From Nemertoderma westbladi (Eukaryota; Animalia; Xenacoelomorpha): 64,000 bases of DNA. Both the position numbers and the translations under genes were made by a program. The stretch lies in contig JAUCBJ010005854.1 in assembly GCA_032718475.1 (NCBI GenBank), positions 1 to 64,000 on the forward strand, in the 5' to 3' direction. Below the pieces are notes generated by a model. That model worked only from the letters and a program-made list of their open reading frames with translations, made no database searches and was not told the origin of the DNA. This document shows positions 37,401-52,400 of the stretch, piece after piece. How positions within the stretch are numbered: the stretch's first letter is position 1; each line of letters opens with the position of its first letter.

Positions 37401-40400
37401 ACCGATGTAGAAGGGTTGATTGAATACTGGAGCGGTGTCGATAATATCGTCAACCTTAACAACCACGTTTATTTGTGCCATGTTACCCTGTTGACGAAAA
37501 AAAATATATTTATACCGGCCGATAATGATTTTTAAGCTTTACATCGGCATATCGTAACCGTATAGCTATTAAAAAGAATGCTTGGAACGCCGCGTAGATT
37601 CAAGAATTATTCAGGTAATATAGATTGTAAGTATCCCAAACATTAAGTCATTTTTATTCGATAAACATTGTACATCCGTAAATTACGATTTAACACCGAT
37701 AAATTCGGTATTTTATTGAGGATAAATCAAATTATTGACAATAAATTATTTTATCCTTCATAAACTATTGAACTTATCGGCTATAAATTAATTTAGAGAT
37801 AATTAATTTAGCGGTATATTAATTTAGCGACAATGATGTAGAGCAATAAAATGTGAACAGCTACACTGTAATATTTGTGAACAATATAATTTCCTGTCAA
37901 TATTCCAACGACATTAAGTATGCTTTTAAATTAAATTAACACGTTGGTGCCCACATCTGCGAATCTATTTTTAAATTTAAAATGTTATATTAAATTTAAT
38001 TTAAGGTTGTCCCCCTGTCTGCAGGTTGTCACGCTGTCGACAGGTTGTGATCCTGTCGGCAGGTTATCACCCTGTCTGCAGGTCGTCACCATGTCGACAG
38101 GTTGTCACCTTGTCGGCAGGTTGTCACCCTGTCGGCAGGTTGTAACCCTGTCTACAGGTTGTCACCTTGTCGGCAGGTTGTCACCATGTCAGCAGGTTGT
38201 CACCCTGTCGGCAGGTTGTAACCCTGTCGGTTGGTTGTCACTATGTCTGCAGGTTGTCACGCTGTCGACAGGTTGTGATCCTGTCGGCAGGTTATAACCC
38301 TGCCTGCAGGTCGTCACCATGTCGACAGGTTGTCACGTTGTCGACAGGTTGTCATCATGTCAGCAGGTTGTCACGCTGTCGGCAGGTTGTCACCCTGTCA
38401 ACAGCTGGTCACCCTATCTGCAGGTTGACACGCTGACGGCAGGTTGTCACCCTGTCAGCAGGTTGTCACCTTGTCTGCAGGTTGTCATCCTGTCAACAGC
38501 TGGTCACCCTGTCAGCACGTTGTCACCATGTCAGCAGGTTGTCACCCTGTCAACAGCTGGTCACCCTGTCTGCAGGTTGTCACCCTGTCGGGAGGATTTC
38601 ACCCTGTCAGCAGCTGGTCACCCTATCTGCAGGTTGTCACCCTGTCGGCAGGTTGTCACCCTGTCAGCAGGTTGTCACCTTGTCTGCAGGTTATCACCCT
38701 GTCAACAGCTGGTCATCCTGTCGGCAGGTTGTCACCCTGTCAGCACGTTGTCATCCTGTCAACAACTGGTCACCCTGTCTGCAGGTTGTCACCCTGTCTG
38801 ATGGTTGTCACCCTGAGGGCAGGTTGTCACCATGTCGGCAGGTTGTCACCCTGTCAGCAGGTTGTCACCCTGTCAACAACTGGTCACCCTGTCTGCAGGT
38901 TATCACCCTGTCGGCAGGTTGTCACCCTGTAGCAGGTTGTCACCTTGTCAACAGCTGGTCACCTTGTCGGCAGGTTGTCACCCTGTCAGCACGTTGTCAC
39001 CATGTCAGCAGGTTGTCACCCTGTCAACAACTATGGTCACCCTGTCTGCAGGTTGTCACCCTGTCGGCAGGTTGTCACCCTGTCAGCAGGTTGTCACCCT
39101 GTCAGCAGCTGGTCACCCTATCTGCAGGTTGTCACCTTGTCTGCAGGTTGTCACCCTGTCAACAGCTGGTCACCCTGTCGGCAGGTTGTCACCCTGTCAG
39201 CACGTTGTCACCATGTCAGCAGGTTGTCACCCTGTCAACAGCTGGTCACCCTGTCTGCAGGTTGTCACCCTGTCGGGAGGATGTCACCCTGTCAGCAGCT
39301 GGTCACTCTATCTGCAGGTTGTCACCCTGTCAGCAGGTTGTCACCCTGTCAGCAGGTTGTCACCTTGTCTGCAGGTTATCACCCTGTCAACAGCTGGTCA
39401 TCCTGTCGGCAGGTTGTCACCCTGTCAGCACGTTGTCATCCTGTCAACAACTGGTCACCCTGTCTGCAGGTTGTCACCCTGTCTGCAGGTTGTCACCCTG
39501 AGGGCAGGTTGTCACCATGTCGGCAGGTTGTCACCCTGTCAGCAGGTTGTCACCCTGTCAACAACTGGTCACCCTGTCTGCAGGTTATCACCCTGTCGGC
39601 AGGTTGTCACCCTGTAGCAGGTTGTCACCTTGTCAACAGCTGGTCACCTTGTCGGCAGGTTGTCACCCTGTCAGCACGTTGTCACCATGTCAGCAGGTTG
39701 TCACCCTGTCAACAACTATGGTCACCCTGTCTGCAGGTTGTCACCCTGTCGGCAGGTTGTCACCCTGTCAGCAGGTTGTCACCCTGTCAGCAGCTGGTCA
39801 CCCTATCTGCAGGTTGTCACCCTGTCGGCAGGTTGTCACCCTGTCCGCAGGTTGTCACCTTGTCTGCAGGTTGTCACCCTGTCAACAGCTGGTCACCCTG
39901 TCGGCAGGTTGTCACCCTGTCAGCACGTTGTCATCCTGTCAACAACTGGTCACCCTGTCTGCAGGTTGTCACCCTGTCTGCAGGTTGTCACCCTGAGGGC
40001 AGGTTGTCACCATGTCGGCAGGTTGTCACCCTGTCAGCAGGTTGTCACCCTGTCAACAACTGGTCACCCTGTCTGCAGGTTATCACCCTGTCGGCAGGTT
40101 GTCACCCTGTAGCAGGTTGTCACCTTGTCTGCAGGTTGTCACCCTGTCAACAGCTGGTCACCTTGTCGGCAGGTTGTCACCCTGTCAGCACGTTGTCACC
40201 ATGTCAGCAGGTTGTCACCCTGTCAACAACTATGGTCACCCTGTCTGCAGGTTCTCACCCTGTCAGCACGTTGTCATCCTGTCTGCAGGTTGTCACCCTG
40301 TCAACAACTGGTCACCCTGTCTGAAGGTTGTCACCATGTCTGCAGGTTGTGGCCCTGTCTGCAGGTTGTCACCCTGTCAACAACTTGTCACCCTGTCTGC

Positions 40401-43400
40401 AGGTTGTCACCCTGTCAGCACGTTGTCACCCTGTCTGCAGGTTGTCACCCTGTCAACAACTGGACACCCTGTCTGCAGGTTGTCACCCTGTCTGCAGGTT
40501 GTGGCCCTGTCTGCAGGTTGTCACCCTGTCAACAACTGGTCACCCTGACTGCAGGTTGTCACCCTGTCAGCACGTTGTCACCCTGTCTGCAGGTTGTCAC
40601 CCTGTCAACAACTGGACACCCTGTCTGCAGGTTGTCACCCTGTCTGCAGGTTGTGGCCCTGTCTGCAGGTTGTCACCCTGTCAACAACTGGTCACCCTGT
40701 CGGCAGGTTATAACCCTGCCTGCAGGTCGTCACCATGTCGACAGGTTGTCACGTTGTCGACAGGTTGTCACCATGTCAGCAGGTTGTCACGCTGTCGGCA
40801 GGTTGTCACCCTGTCAACAGCTGGTCACCCTGTCTGCAGGTTGACACGATGACGGCAGGTTGTCACCCTGTCAGCAGGTTGTCACCTTGTCTGCAGGTTG
40901 TCACCCTGTCAACAACTGGTCACCCTGTCTGCAGGTTGTCACCCTGTCTGCAGGTTGTCCCCCTGTCTGCAGGTTGTCACCCTGAGGGCAGGTTGTCACC
41001 ATGTCGGCAGGGTGTCACCCTGTCAGCAGGTTGTCACCCTGTCAACAACTGGTCACCCTGTCTGCAGGTTATCACCCTGTCGGCAGGTTGTCACCCTGTA
41101 GCAGGTTGTCACCTTGTCTGCAGGTTGTCACCCTGTCAACAGCTGGTCACCTTGTCGGCAGGTTGTCACCCTGTCAGCACGTTGTCACCATGTCAGCAGG
41201 TTGTCACCCTGTCATCAACTATGGTCACCCTGTCTGCAGGTTGTCACCCTGTCAGCACGTTGTCACCCTGTCAACAACTGGTCACCCTGTCTGCAGGTTG
41301 TCACCATGTCTGCAGGTTGTGGCCCTGTCTGCAGGTTGTCACCCTGTCAACAACTTGTCACCCTGTCTGCAGGTTGTCACCCTGTCAGCACGTTGTCACC
41401 CTGTCTGCAGGTTGTCACCCTGTCAACAACTGGACACCCTGTCTGCAGATTGTCACCCTGTCTGCAGGTTGTGGCCCTGTCTGCAGGTTGTCACCCTGTC
41501 AACAACTGGTCACCCTGACTGCAGGTTGTCACCCTGTCAGCACGTTGTCACCCTGTCTGCAGGTTGTCACCCTGTCAACAACTGGACAACCTGTCTGCAG
41601 GTTGTGACCCTGTCTGCAGGTTGTGACCCTGTCTGCAGGTTGTCACCCTGTCAACAACTGGTCAGCCTGTCGGCAGGTTATAACCCTGCCTGCAGGTCGT
41701 CACCATGTCGACAGGTTGTCACGTTGTCGACAGGTTGTCACCATGTCAGCAGGTTGTCACGCTGTCGGCAGGTTGTCACCCTGTCAACAGCTGGTCACCC
41801 TGTCTGCAGGTTGACACGATGACGGCAGGTTGTCACCCTGTCAGCAGGTTGTCACCTTGTCTGCAGGTTGTCACCCTGTCAACAGCTGGTCACCCTGCCG
41901 GCAGGTTGTCACCCTGTCAGCACGTTGTCACCATGTCAGCAGGTTGTCACCCTGTCAACAGCTGGTCACCCTGTCTGCAGGTTGTCACCCTGTCAGCAGC
42001 TGGTCACCCTATCTGCAGGTTGTCACCCTGTCGGCAGATTGTCACCCTGTCAGCAGGTTGTCACCTTGTCTGCAGGTTGTCACCCTGTCAACAGATGGTC
42101 ACCCTGTTGGCAGGTTGTCACCCTGTCAGCACGTTGTCATCCTGTCAACAACTGGTCACCCTGTCTGCAGGTTGTCACCCTGTCTGCAGGTTGTCACCCT
42201 GAGGGCAGGTTGTCACCATGTCGGCAGGTTGTCACCCTGTCAGCAGGTTGTCACCCTGTCAACAACTGGTCACCCTGTCTGCAGGATATCACCCTGTCGG
42301 CAGGTTGCCACCCTGTAGCAGGTTGTCACCTTGTCTGCAGGTTGTCACCCTGTCAACAGCTGGTCACCTTGTCGGCAGGTTGTCACCCTGTCAGCACGTT
42401 GTCACCATGTCAGCAGGTTGTCACCCTGTCAACAACTATGGTCACCCTGTCTGCAGGTTGTCACCCTGTCGGCAGGTTGTCACCCTGTCAGCAGGTTGTC
42501 ACCCTGTCAGCAGCTGGTCACCCTATCTGCAGGTTGTCACCCTGTCGGCACGTTGTCACCCTGTCGGCAGGTTGTCACCCTGTAGCAGGTTGTCACCTTG
42601 TCTGCAGGTTGTCACCCTGTCAACAGCTGGTCACCTTGTCGGCAGGTTGTCACCCTGTCAGCACGTTGTCACCATGTCAGCAGGTTGTCACCCTGTCAAC
42701 AACTATGGTCACCCTGTCAGCACGTTGTCATCCTGTCTGCAGGTTGTCACCCTGTCAACAACTGGTCACCCTGTCTGCAGGTTGTCACCCAGTCTGCAGG
42801 TTGTCACCATGTCTGCTGGTTGTGGCCCTGTCTGCAGGTTGTCACCCTGTCAACAACTATGGTCACCCTGTCAGCACGTTGTCATCCTGTCTGCAGGTTG
42901 TCACCCTGTCAACAACTGGTCACCCTGTCTGCAGGTTGTCACCCAGTCTGCAGGTTGTCACCATGTCTGCTGGTTGTGGCCCTGTCTGCAGGTTGTCACC
43001 CTGTCAACAACTGGTCACCCTGTCTGCAGGTTGTCACCCTGTCTGCAGGTTGTCACCCTGTCAGCACGTTGTCACCCTGTCTGCAGGTTGTCACCCTGTC
43101 AACAACTGGACACCCTGTCTACAGGTTGTCACCCTGTCTACAGGTTGTCACCCTGTCTGCAGGTTGTCACCCAGTCTGCAGGTTGTCACCATGTCTGCTG
43201 GTTGTGGCCCTGTCTGCAGGTTGTCACCCTGTCAACAACTTGTCACCCTGTCTGCAGGTTGTCACCCTGTCAGCACGTTGTCATCCTGTCTGCAGGTTGT
43301 CACCCTGTCAACAACTGGTCACCCTGTCTGCAGGTTGTCACCCAGTCTGCAGGTTGTCACCATGTCTGCTGGTTGTGGCCCTGTCTGCAGGTTGTCACCC

Positions 43401-46400
43401 TGTCAACAACTTGTCACCCTGTCTGCAGGTTGTCACCCTGTCAGCACGTTGTCACCCTGTCTGCAGGTTGTCACCCTGTCAACAACTGGACACCCTGTCT
43501 ACAGGTTGTCACCCTGTCTGCAGGTTGTCACCCTGTCTACAGGTTGTCACCCTGTCAGCACGTTGTCACCCTGTCTGCAGGTTGTCACCCTGTCAACAAC
43601 TGGACACCCTGTCTACAGGTTGTCACCCTGTCTGCAGGTTGTCACCCTGTCAACAACTTGTCACCCTGTCTGCAGGTTGTCACCCTGTCAGCACGTTGTC
43701 ACCCTGTCTGCAGGTTGTCACCCTGTCAACAACTGGACACCCTGTCTACAGGTTGTCACCCTGTCTGCAGGTTGTCACCCTGTCTACAGGTTGTCACCCT
43801 GTCTACAGGTTGTCACCCTGTCTGCAGGTTGTCACCCTGTCTGCAGGTTGTCACCCTGTCAGCACGTTGTCACCCTGTCTGCAGGTTGTCACCCTGTCAA
43901 CAACTGGACACCCTGTCTACAGGTTGTCACCCTGTCTGCAGGTTGTCACCCTGTCTGCAGGTTGTCACCCTGTCTGCAGGTTGTCACCCTGTCTACAGGT
44001 TGTCACCCTGTCTGCAGGTTGTCACCCTGTCTGCAGGTTGTCACCCTGTCTACAGGTTGTCACCCTGTCTACAGGTTGTCACCCTGTCTGCAGGTTGTCA
44101 CCCTGTCTGCAGGTTGTCACCCTGTCTGCAGGTTGTGGCCCTGTCTACCGGGTATCAACCAGTCAGCAAGTCCCCAAATTAATATATATAACATAACGAA
44201 CCCGTCCTCCGTTGTCTACAGCCCGGACGTGGAAATTCCATTGCTTTTGTGACTCGTAATCTAGTGGACTCTTTACATACAGATAACCATTATCGTCCAC
44301 GTCAAAAAAGTTGTGGGCTTCGGAATTAGTATCAATAGAATACCGGATATCGCAGATAGGGTCGTTTGGACTGCAAAAAAAAGTTTAAGTTTATTTAATG
44401 AGTTAACAACGAAACTGCCTCTTTATTAGAGATATGTATAGGTATAATATAGTCTAGTTGTTGTATATATAGTCTAGTTTTTACATATATAGTCACATTT
44501 TTATGCTTTTGTCCAGCAATTAACGATTTTGCTATATTTCAGCCTTAAGCGACCCCACTAGTAGAAAAGAAGGAAAGAATGTAATTCTTGTGTTTGCTCA
44601 TTGATCGATCGGTGACGGCAGGTATTGGGTTCGATCCCGGAGGTTAGCCAGTTTGTTTTACAACTCTACCTGGCTTCACTAGTCATAATTTAAGTACAAC
44701 GAATTAAGAATCAAGCTAAGTAATAATTAATATTATATTTGAACTTACTTAAAACTCTCACACTGGGTGTTGGTCCCACGCCGACAATCCGGGTCGTTTG
44801 CTTGGACTTGGATAAAATTCCCGGGCCCAGGATTAGTTCGTTGCCCTTCCTCCACCTTCCCCTGGGGATTCGTTTGAATAAATACCGGTATTTGGTCGTT
44901 TGTGTTCTCCAGTGTGACTATAACCTGAGTGGTATCGGAATTCAACCCATCTGATGATTGCACAGTCAAATCGTACTGCAAAATATATTCGAATGTAAAA
45001 TATACAAAATTTTATTTCATAAGCGACCAATTTGCGCTGGATATCACTTTTTAACTTTGTGGCTGACATACATAGTTCAGTACGGGCCAAATAGGCAATC
45101 TGCCTGTCTGTCGGATCAATGTTTGAGTGTCGATTATCTCAGCAACGGCTCGAATAAATTGAATTGATATTTGATATACCGGTACCAGAAATAGTTTATA
45201 ACAAGTTTAGAAAGTTTTGAAAACTACAGAGAATTTCACTTTCGCTAGAATTTCCTTCTAAATTCACGATCAAAGTTTCAGAGTTGTCACAGTACTTAAG
45301 GCAACGCTGGACTGTACCGGAACTGTAGGGTAAGGTTCGCACTGAGTTTGTGTTGCAATATTCCCCCAACTAAAGTATGTAAAGGCGACCAACTTACTCG
45401 GCATCTTATCTCGTAGTCGAGTTTTTGGGCTACCAAAAGATTTCCCTGATTATCGACTCGGAAAAGGCCGTCAGAATTCCCTGAAAGAATGCTGAAGGAG
45501 CGGACTCCAGTCTCCTTCAAGTCTTTATCTTCAACGGGAAGGTTCAAAATAAGAGAACCTTTCTCTCTGTCCTCCGGTATTGTCACCTCGTATAAATCTT
45601 CTTTGAACTCTGGAGGGTGATCGTTGATATCGCTTATATGGACAGTGACCTAAACGGAAAAAGTATCAATTCTAATACAGATAGTTACCTAAACTGAAAG
45701 TGTCCATTCTAATACGGACAGTGACCTAAACTGAAAGTGTCCATTCTAATACGGACAGTGACCTAAACTGAAAGTGTCCATTCTAATACAGACAGTGACC
45801 TAAACGGAAAAAGTGTCCATTCTAATACGGACAGTGACCTAAACTGAAAGTTTCCATTCTAATACAGACAGTGACCTAAACGGAAAAAGTGTCCATCATG
45901 CTTTATACAGACAGTGACCTAAACTGAAAGTGTCCATTCTAATACGGACAGTGACCTAAACTGAAAGTGTCCATTCTAATACAGACAGTGACCTAAACGG
46001 AAAAAGTGTCCATGCTAATACGGACAGTGACCTAAACGGAAAGTGTCCATTCTAATACGGACAGTGACCTAAACGGAAAAAGTGTCCATTCTAATACGGA
46101 CAGTGACCTAAACGGAAAAAGTGTCCATTCTAATACGGACAGTGACCTAAACTGAAAGTTTCCATTCTAATACAGACAGTGACCTAAACGGAAAAAGTGT
46201 CCATCATGCTTTATACGGACAGTGACCTAAACGGAAAAAGTGTCCATTCTAATACAGACAGTGACCTAAACGGAAAAAGTGTCCATTCTAATACGGACAG
46301 TGACCTAAACTGAAAGTGTCCATTCTAATACGGACAGTGACCTAAACGGAAAGTGTCCATTCTAATACGGACAGTGACCTAAACGGAAAAAGTGTCCATT

Positions 46401-49400
46401 CTAATACGGACAGTGACCTAAACTGAAAGTTTCCATTCTAATACAGACAGTGACCTAAACGGAAAAAGTGTCCATCATGCTTTATACAGACAGTGACCTA
46501 AACTGAAAGTGTCCATTCTAATACAGACAGTGACCTAAACGGAAAAAGTGTCCATTCTAATACGGACAGTGACCTAAACTGAAAGTGTCCATTCTAATAC
46601 GGACAGTGACCTAAACGGAAAGTGTCCATTCTAATACGGACAGTGACCTAAACGGAAAAAGTGTCCATGCTAATACGGACAGTGACCTAAACGGAAAGTG
46701 TCCATTCTAATACGGACAGTGACCTAAACTGAAAGTTTCCATTCTAATACGGACAGTGACCTAAACGGAAAAAGTGTCCATTCTAATACGGACAGTGACC
46801 TAAACTGAAAGTTTCCATTCTAATACGGACAGTGACCTAAACTGAAAGTGTCCATTCTAATACAGACAGTGACCTAAACGGAAAAAGTGTCCATGCTAAT
46901 ACGGACAGTGACCTAAACGGAAAGTGTCCATTCTAATACGGACAGTGACCTAAACGGAAAAAGTGTCCATTCTAATACGGACAGTGACCTAAACGGAAAA
47001 AGTGTCCATTCTAATACAGACAGTGACCTAAACGGAAAAAGTGTCCATTCTAATACGGACAGTGACCTAAACTGAAAGTGTCCATTCTAATACGGACAGT
47101 GACCTAAACGGAAAGTGTCCATTCTAATACGGACAGTGACCTAAACGGAAAAAGTGTCCATTCTAATACGGACAGTGACCTAAACTGAAAGTTTCCATTC
47201 TAATACAGACAGTGACCTAAACGGAAAAAGTGTCCATCATGCTTTATACAGACAGTGACCTAAACTGAAAGTGTCCATTCTAATACGGACAGTGACCTAA
47301 ACTGAAAGTGTCCATTCTAATACAGACAGTGACCTAAACGGAAAAAGTGTCCATTCTAATACGGACAGTGACCTAAACTGAAAGTGTCCATTCTAATACG
47401 GACAGTGACCTAAACGGAAAGTGTCCATTCTAATACGGACAGTGACCTAAACGGAAAAAGTGTCCATTCTAATACGGACAGTGACCTAAACTGAAAGTTT
47501 CCATTCTAATACAGACAGTGACCTAAACGGAAAAAGTGTCCATCATGCTTTATACAGACAGTGACCTAAACTGAAAGTGTCCATTCTAATACGGACAGTG
47601 ACCTAAACTGAAAGTGTCCATTCTAATACAGACAGTGACCTAAACGGAAAAAGTGTCCATGCTAATACGGACAGTGACCTAAACGGAAAGTGTCCATTCT
47701 AATACGGACAGTGACCTAAACGGAAAAAGTGTCCATTCTAATACGGACAGTGACCTAAACGGAAAAAGTGTCCATTCTAATACGGACAGTGACCTAAACT
47801 GAAAGTTTCCATTCTAATACAGACAGTGACCTAAACGGAAAAAGTGTCCATCATGCTTTATACAGACAGTGACCTAAACGGAAAAAGTGTCCATTCTAAT
47901 ACAGACAGTGACCTAAACGGAAAAAGTGTCCATTCTAATACGGACAGTGACCTAAACTGAAAGTTTCCATTCTAATACAGACAGTGACCTAAACGGAAAA
48001 AGTGTCCATCATGCTTTATACAGACAGTGACCTAAACTGAAAGTGTCCATTCTAATACGGACAGTGACCTAAACTGAAAGTGTCCATTCTAATACAGACA
48101 GTGACCTAAACGGAAAAAGTGTCCATTCTAATACGGACAGTGACCTAAACTGAAAGTTTCCATTCTAATACAGACAGTGACCTAAACGGAAAAAGTGTCC
48201 ATCATGCTTTATACAGACAGTGACCTAAACTGAAAGTGTCCATTCTAATACGGACAGTGACCTAAACTGAAAGTGTCCATTCTAATACAGACAGTGACCT
48301 AAACGGAAAAAGTGTCCATTCTAATACGGACAGTGACCTAAACTGAAAGTTTCCATTCTAATACAGACAGTGACCTAAACTGAAAGTTTCCATTCTAATA
48401 CAGACAGTGACCTAAACGGAAAAAGTGTCCATCATGCTTTATACAGACAGTGACCTAAACTGAAAGTGTCCATTCTAATACGGACAGTGACCTAAACTGA
48501 AAGTGTCCATTCTAATACAGACAGTGACCTAAACGGAAAAAGTGTCCATGCTAATACGGACAGTGACCTAAACGGAAAGTGTCCATTCTAATACGGACAG
48601 TGACCTAAACGGAAAAAGTGTCCATTCTAATACGGACAGTGACCTAAACTGAAAGTGTCCATTCTAATACAGACAGTGACCTAAACGGAAAAAGTGTCCA
48701 TGCTAATACGGACAGTGACCTAAACGGAAAGTGTCCATTCTAATACGGACAGTGACCTAAACGGAAAAAGTGTCCATTCTAATACGGACAGTGACCTAAA
48801 CGGAAAAAGTGTCCATTCTAATACGGACAGTGACCTAAACTGAAAGTTTCCATTCTAATACAGACAGTGACCTAAACGGAAAAAGTGTCCATCATGCTTT
48901 ATACAGACAGTGACCTAAACGGAAAAAGTGTCCATTCTAATACAGACAGTGACCTAAACGGAAAAAGTGTCCATTCTAATACGGACAGTGACCTAAACTG
49001 AAAGTGTCCATTCTAATACGGACAGTGACCTAAACGGAAAGTGTCCATTCTAATACGGACAGTGACCTAAACGGAAAAAGTGTCCATTCTAATACGGACA
49101 GTGACCTAAACTGAAAGTTTCCATTCTAATACAGACAGTGACCTAAACGGAAAAAGTGTCCATCATGCTTTATACAGACAGTGACCTAAACTGAAAGTGT
49201 CCATTCTAATACGGACAGTGACCTAAACTGAAAGTGTCCATTCTAATACAGACAGTGACCTAAACGGAAAAAGTGTCCATGCTAATACAGACAGTGACCT
49301 AAACGGAAAAAGTGTCCATTCTAATACAGACAGTGACCTAAACTGAAAGTGTCCATTCTAATACGGACAGTGACCTAAACGGAAAAAGTGTCCATCATGC

Positions 49401-52400
49401 TTTATACAGACAGTGACCTAAACTGAAAGTGTCCATTCTAATACGGACAGTGACCTAAACTGAAAGTGTCCATTCTAATACAGACAGTGACCTAAACGGA
49501 AAAAGTGTCCATCATGCTTTATACAGACAGTGACCTAAACTGAAAGTGTCCATTCTAATACGGACAGTGACCTAAACGGAAAAAGTGTCCATTCTAATAC
49601 GGACAGTGACCTAAACTGAAAGTTTCCATTCTAATACAGACAGTGACCTAAACGGAAAAAGTGTCCATCATGCTTTATACAGACAGTGACCTAAACGGAA
49701 AAAGTGTCCATTCTAATACAGACAGTGACCTAAACGGAAAAAGTGTCCATTCTAATACGGACAGTGACCTAAACTGAAAGTGTCCATTCTAATACGGACA
49801 GTGACCTAAACGGAAAGTGTCCATTCTAATACGGACAGTGACCTAAACGGAAAAAGTGTCCATTCTAATACGGACAGTGACCTAAACTGAAAGTTTCCAT
49901 TCTAATACAGACAGTGACCTAAACGGAAAAAGTGTCCATCATGCTTTATACAGACAGTGACCTAAACTGAAAGTGTCCATTCTAATACGGACAGTGACCT
50001 AAACTGAAAGTGTCCATTCTAATACAGACAGTGACCTAAACGGAAAAAGTGTCCATGCTAATACAGACAGTGACCTAAACGGAAAAAGTGTCCATTCTAA
50101 TACAGACAGTGACCTAAACTGAAAGTGTCCATTCTAATACGGACAGTGACCTAAACGGAAAAAGTGTCCATCATGCTTTATACGGACAGTGACCTAAACG
50201 GAAAAAGTGTCCATTCTAATACGGACAGTGACCTAAACTGAAAGTTTCCATTCTAATACAGACAGTGACCTAAACGGAAAAAGTGTCCATCATGCTTTAT
50301 ACGGACAGTGACCTAAACGGAAAAAGTGTCCATTCTAATACAGACAGTGACCTAAACGGAAAAAGTGTCCATTCTAATACGGACAGTGACCTAAACTGAA
50401 AGTGTCCATTCTAATACGGACAGTGACCTAAACGGAAAAAGTGTCCATTCTAATACAGACAGTGACCTAAACGGAAAAAGTGTCCATTCTAATACAGACA
50501 GTGACCTAAACGGAAAAAGTGTCCATCATGCTTTATACAGACAGTGACCTAAACTGAAAGTGTCCATTCTAATACGGACAGTGACCTAAACGGAAAAAGT
50601 GTCCATTCTAATACAGACAGTGACCTAAACGGAAAAAGTGTCCATCATGCTTTATACAGACAGTGACCTAAACTGAAAGTGTCCATTCTAATACGGACAG
50701 TGACCTAAACTGAAAGTGTCCATTCTAATACGGATAGTGACCTAAACGGAAAGTGTCCATTCTAATACGGATAGTGACCTAAACGGAAAAAGTGTCCATT
50801 CTAATACGGACAGTTACCTAAATATATATATATAATATATATCTTGAACATGAAAACAAAAAACTAGTGTCCATATGCTTAAAATATGAACGCAGTGACC
50901 TGACATAAAAAAAAGGTCCAGTATCAAAAAGGACAGTGCCCTGCGCATACCATGTGCCCCGGTCTGTGTAGCAGGTTACTGGTATACTCACTTGTGCCCG
51001 GTCTGTGTTTTGGGCATTATCACTTGTTATAACGGTAATCACATAAACATCTTTGGTTTCGCGATCGAACGTTCGAGCGGTTTTAACCACGCCGGTTCTG
51101 TCGACACTGAAGTACGAACCATCCCCGTCTGGACCATCCTGTAAAATAAACGACCATTAATGAAAGTAACATTCCGTTCGCCGGCCGTATCAGAGTTAAA
51201 TTTAAATAGAACAAAAGTAGAATTTATATATCAAAATATAAAAGACGGAAAACCTGATGAATTCTGTACTGGAAATCAGCGTTCGGGCCGTAATCCCTAT
51301 CCTGTGCCCGAACTGTCACAACGTGGGAGCCAATAGGGACGTTCTCTGGGATCGTCTGCGAATAGGCGTCATCAGTTGTATCCAAAACGAACAGTGGAAC
51401 CTGTAAGGAAAATGAATAAAGATATATTTAAAAAAAGGAGTCTAACAGATATTTATAAGAATACCTACTATTACCGAATTAAATCCGAGTTTAATAATCT
51501 CTATAAGTGGAACTATTCATAGGAAACCGCAAAGAAGTGGACAAACTAAACCAGCGGGAAATAAAGTAATAAATATCCCTCTGTGAAATTAACTTTATTT
51601 AATATGAACACTAGGCTGAGTGGTAAATTAGATATATTTCAATAATAAATGATTATTAATGAATAGAGTATTTTAATTGAAAATTATTTACTCGAAATCG
51701 GCCGTAGGCGACCCAATGGTTGTTGAGCGAGTTTAGCTAACCTGGTTATTCGCGTCCTGAATGATCACCTCAACTTCACCGTATGTTATTGCCCCGGCTC
51801 CGTCCAGGGATGTGTCTTCTATCGATAGACGCAGTTTTACAGTTACGGACGCCACTTGGGAGGGGAACATGGTTGACGCTTCTTTTCTCAATTGCAATTC
51901 GACGCAATTCCTTTGCTCCAAGTTCGGCAACAATCGGAAATTAGTCTGAAAGCGAAAGTGAAATAAAGTATACTGATTACTTGGGATATGGGCATAATGG
52001 GATACATGAAAAACAGCAAGAGATCAATCAGTCTCATGAGTTTGGATTACTGAACAAAGTAACTTAATTACTAAAACGCCTACAAAAAAACATCGCCTTT
52101 AATAAAACGACACACTTACATCCAGTGAGTCATCGGCATCCGATCTTAGAAGTAAACTGAATTTGATAGTTCCATCGCCTTCAGAAGGTCTGGCGCAGAT
52201 GTTAGCAATAGGTTTATCCACCTGAAACAATTACAGAACCAATGACAGTACTCAGTGAGTGTAACAGTGTGTGATAGAATAACAATGAGGGTAACGGAAT
52301 GTAACAGTTTCAGTTTGTGTAACACTGCGAAGTATGAGTAACTGCGTATAAAATGTATAACATCGTCTATAGTGACGTCATAACGAAAAATCTCATTACT

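Noticed and set aside
37944-44252. Long Cys/His-rich ORFs up to 794 aa
   Set aside because: Artefact of a stop-poor 19-bp satellite inside a cadherin intron.
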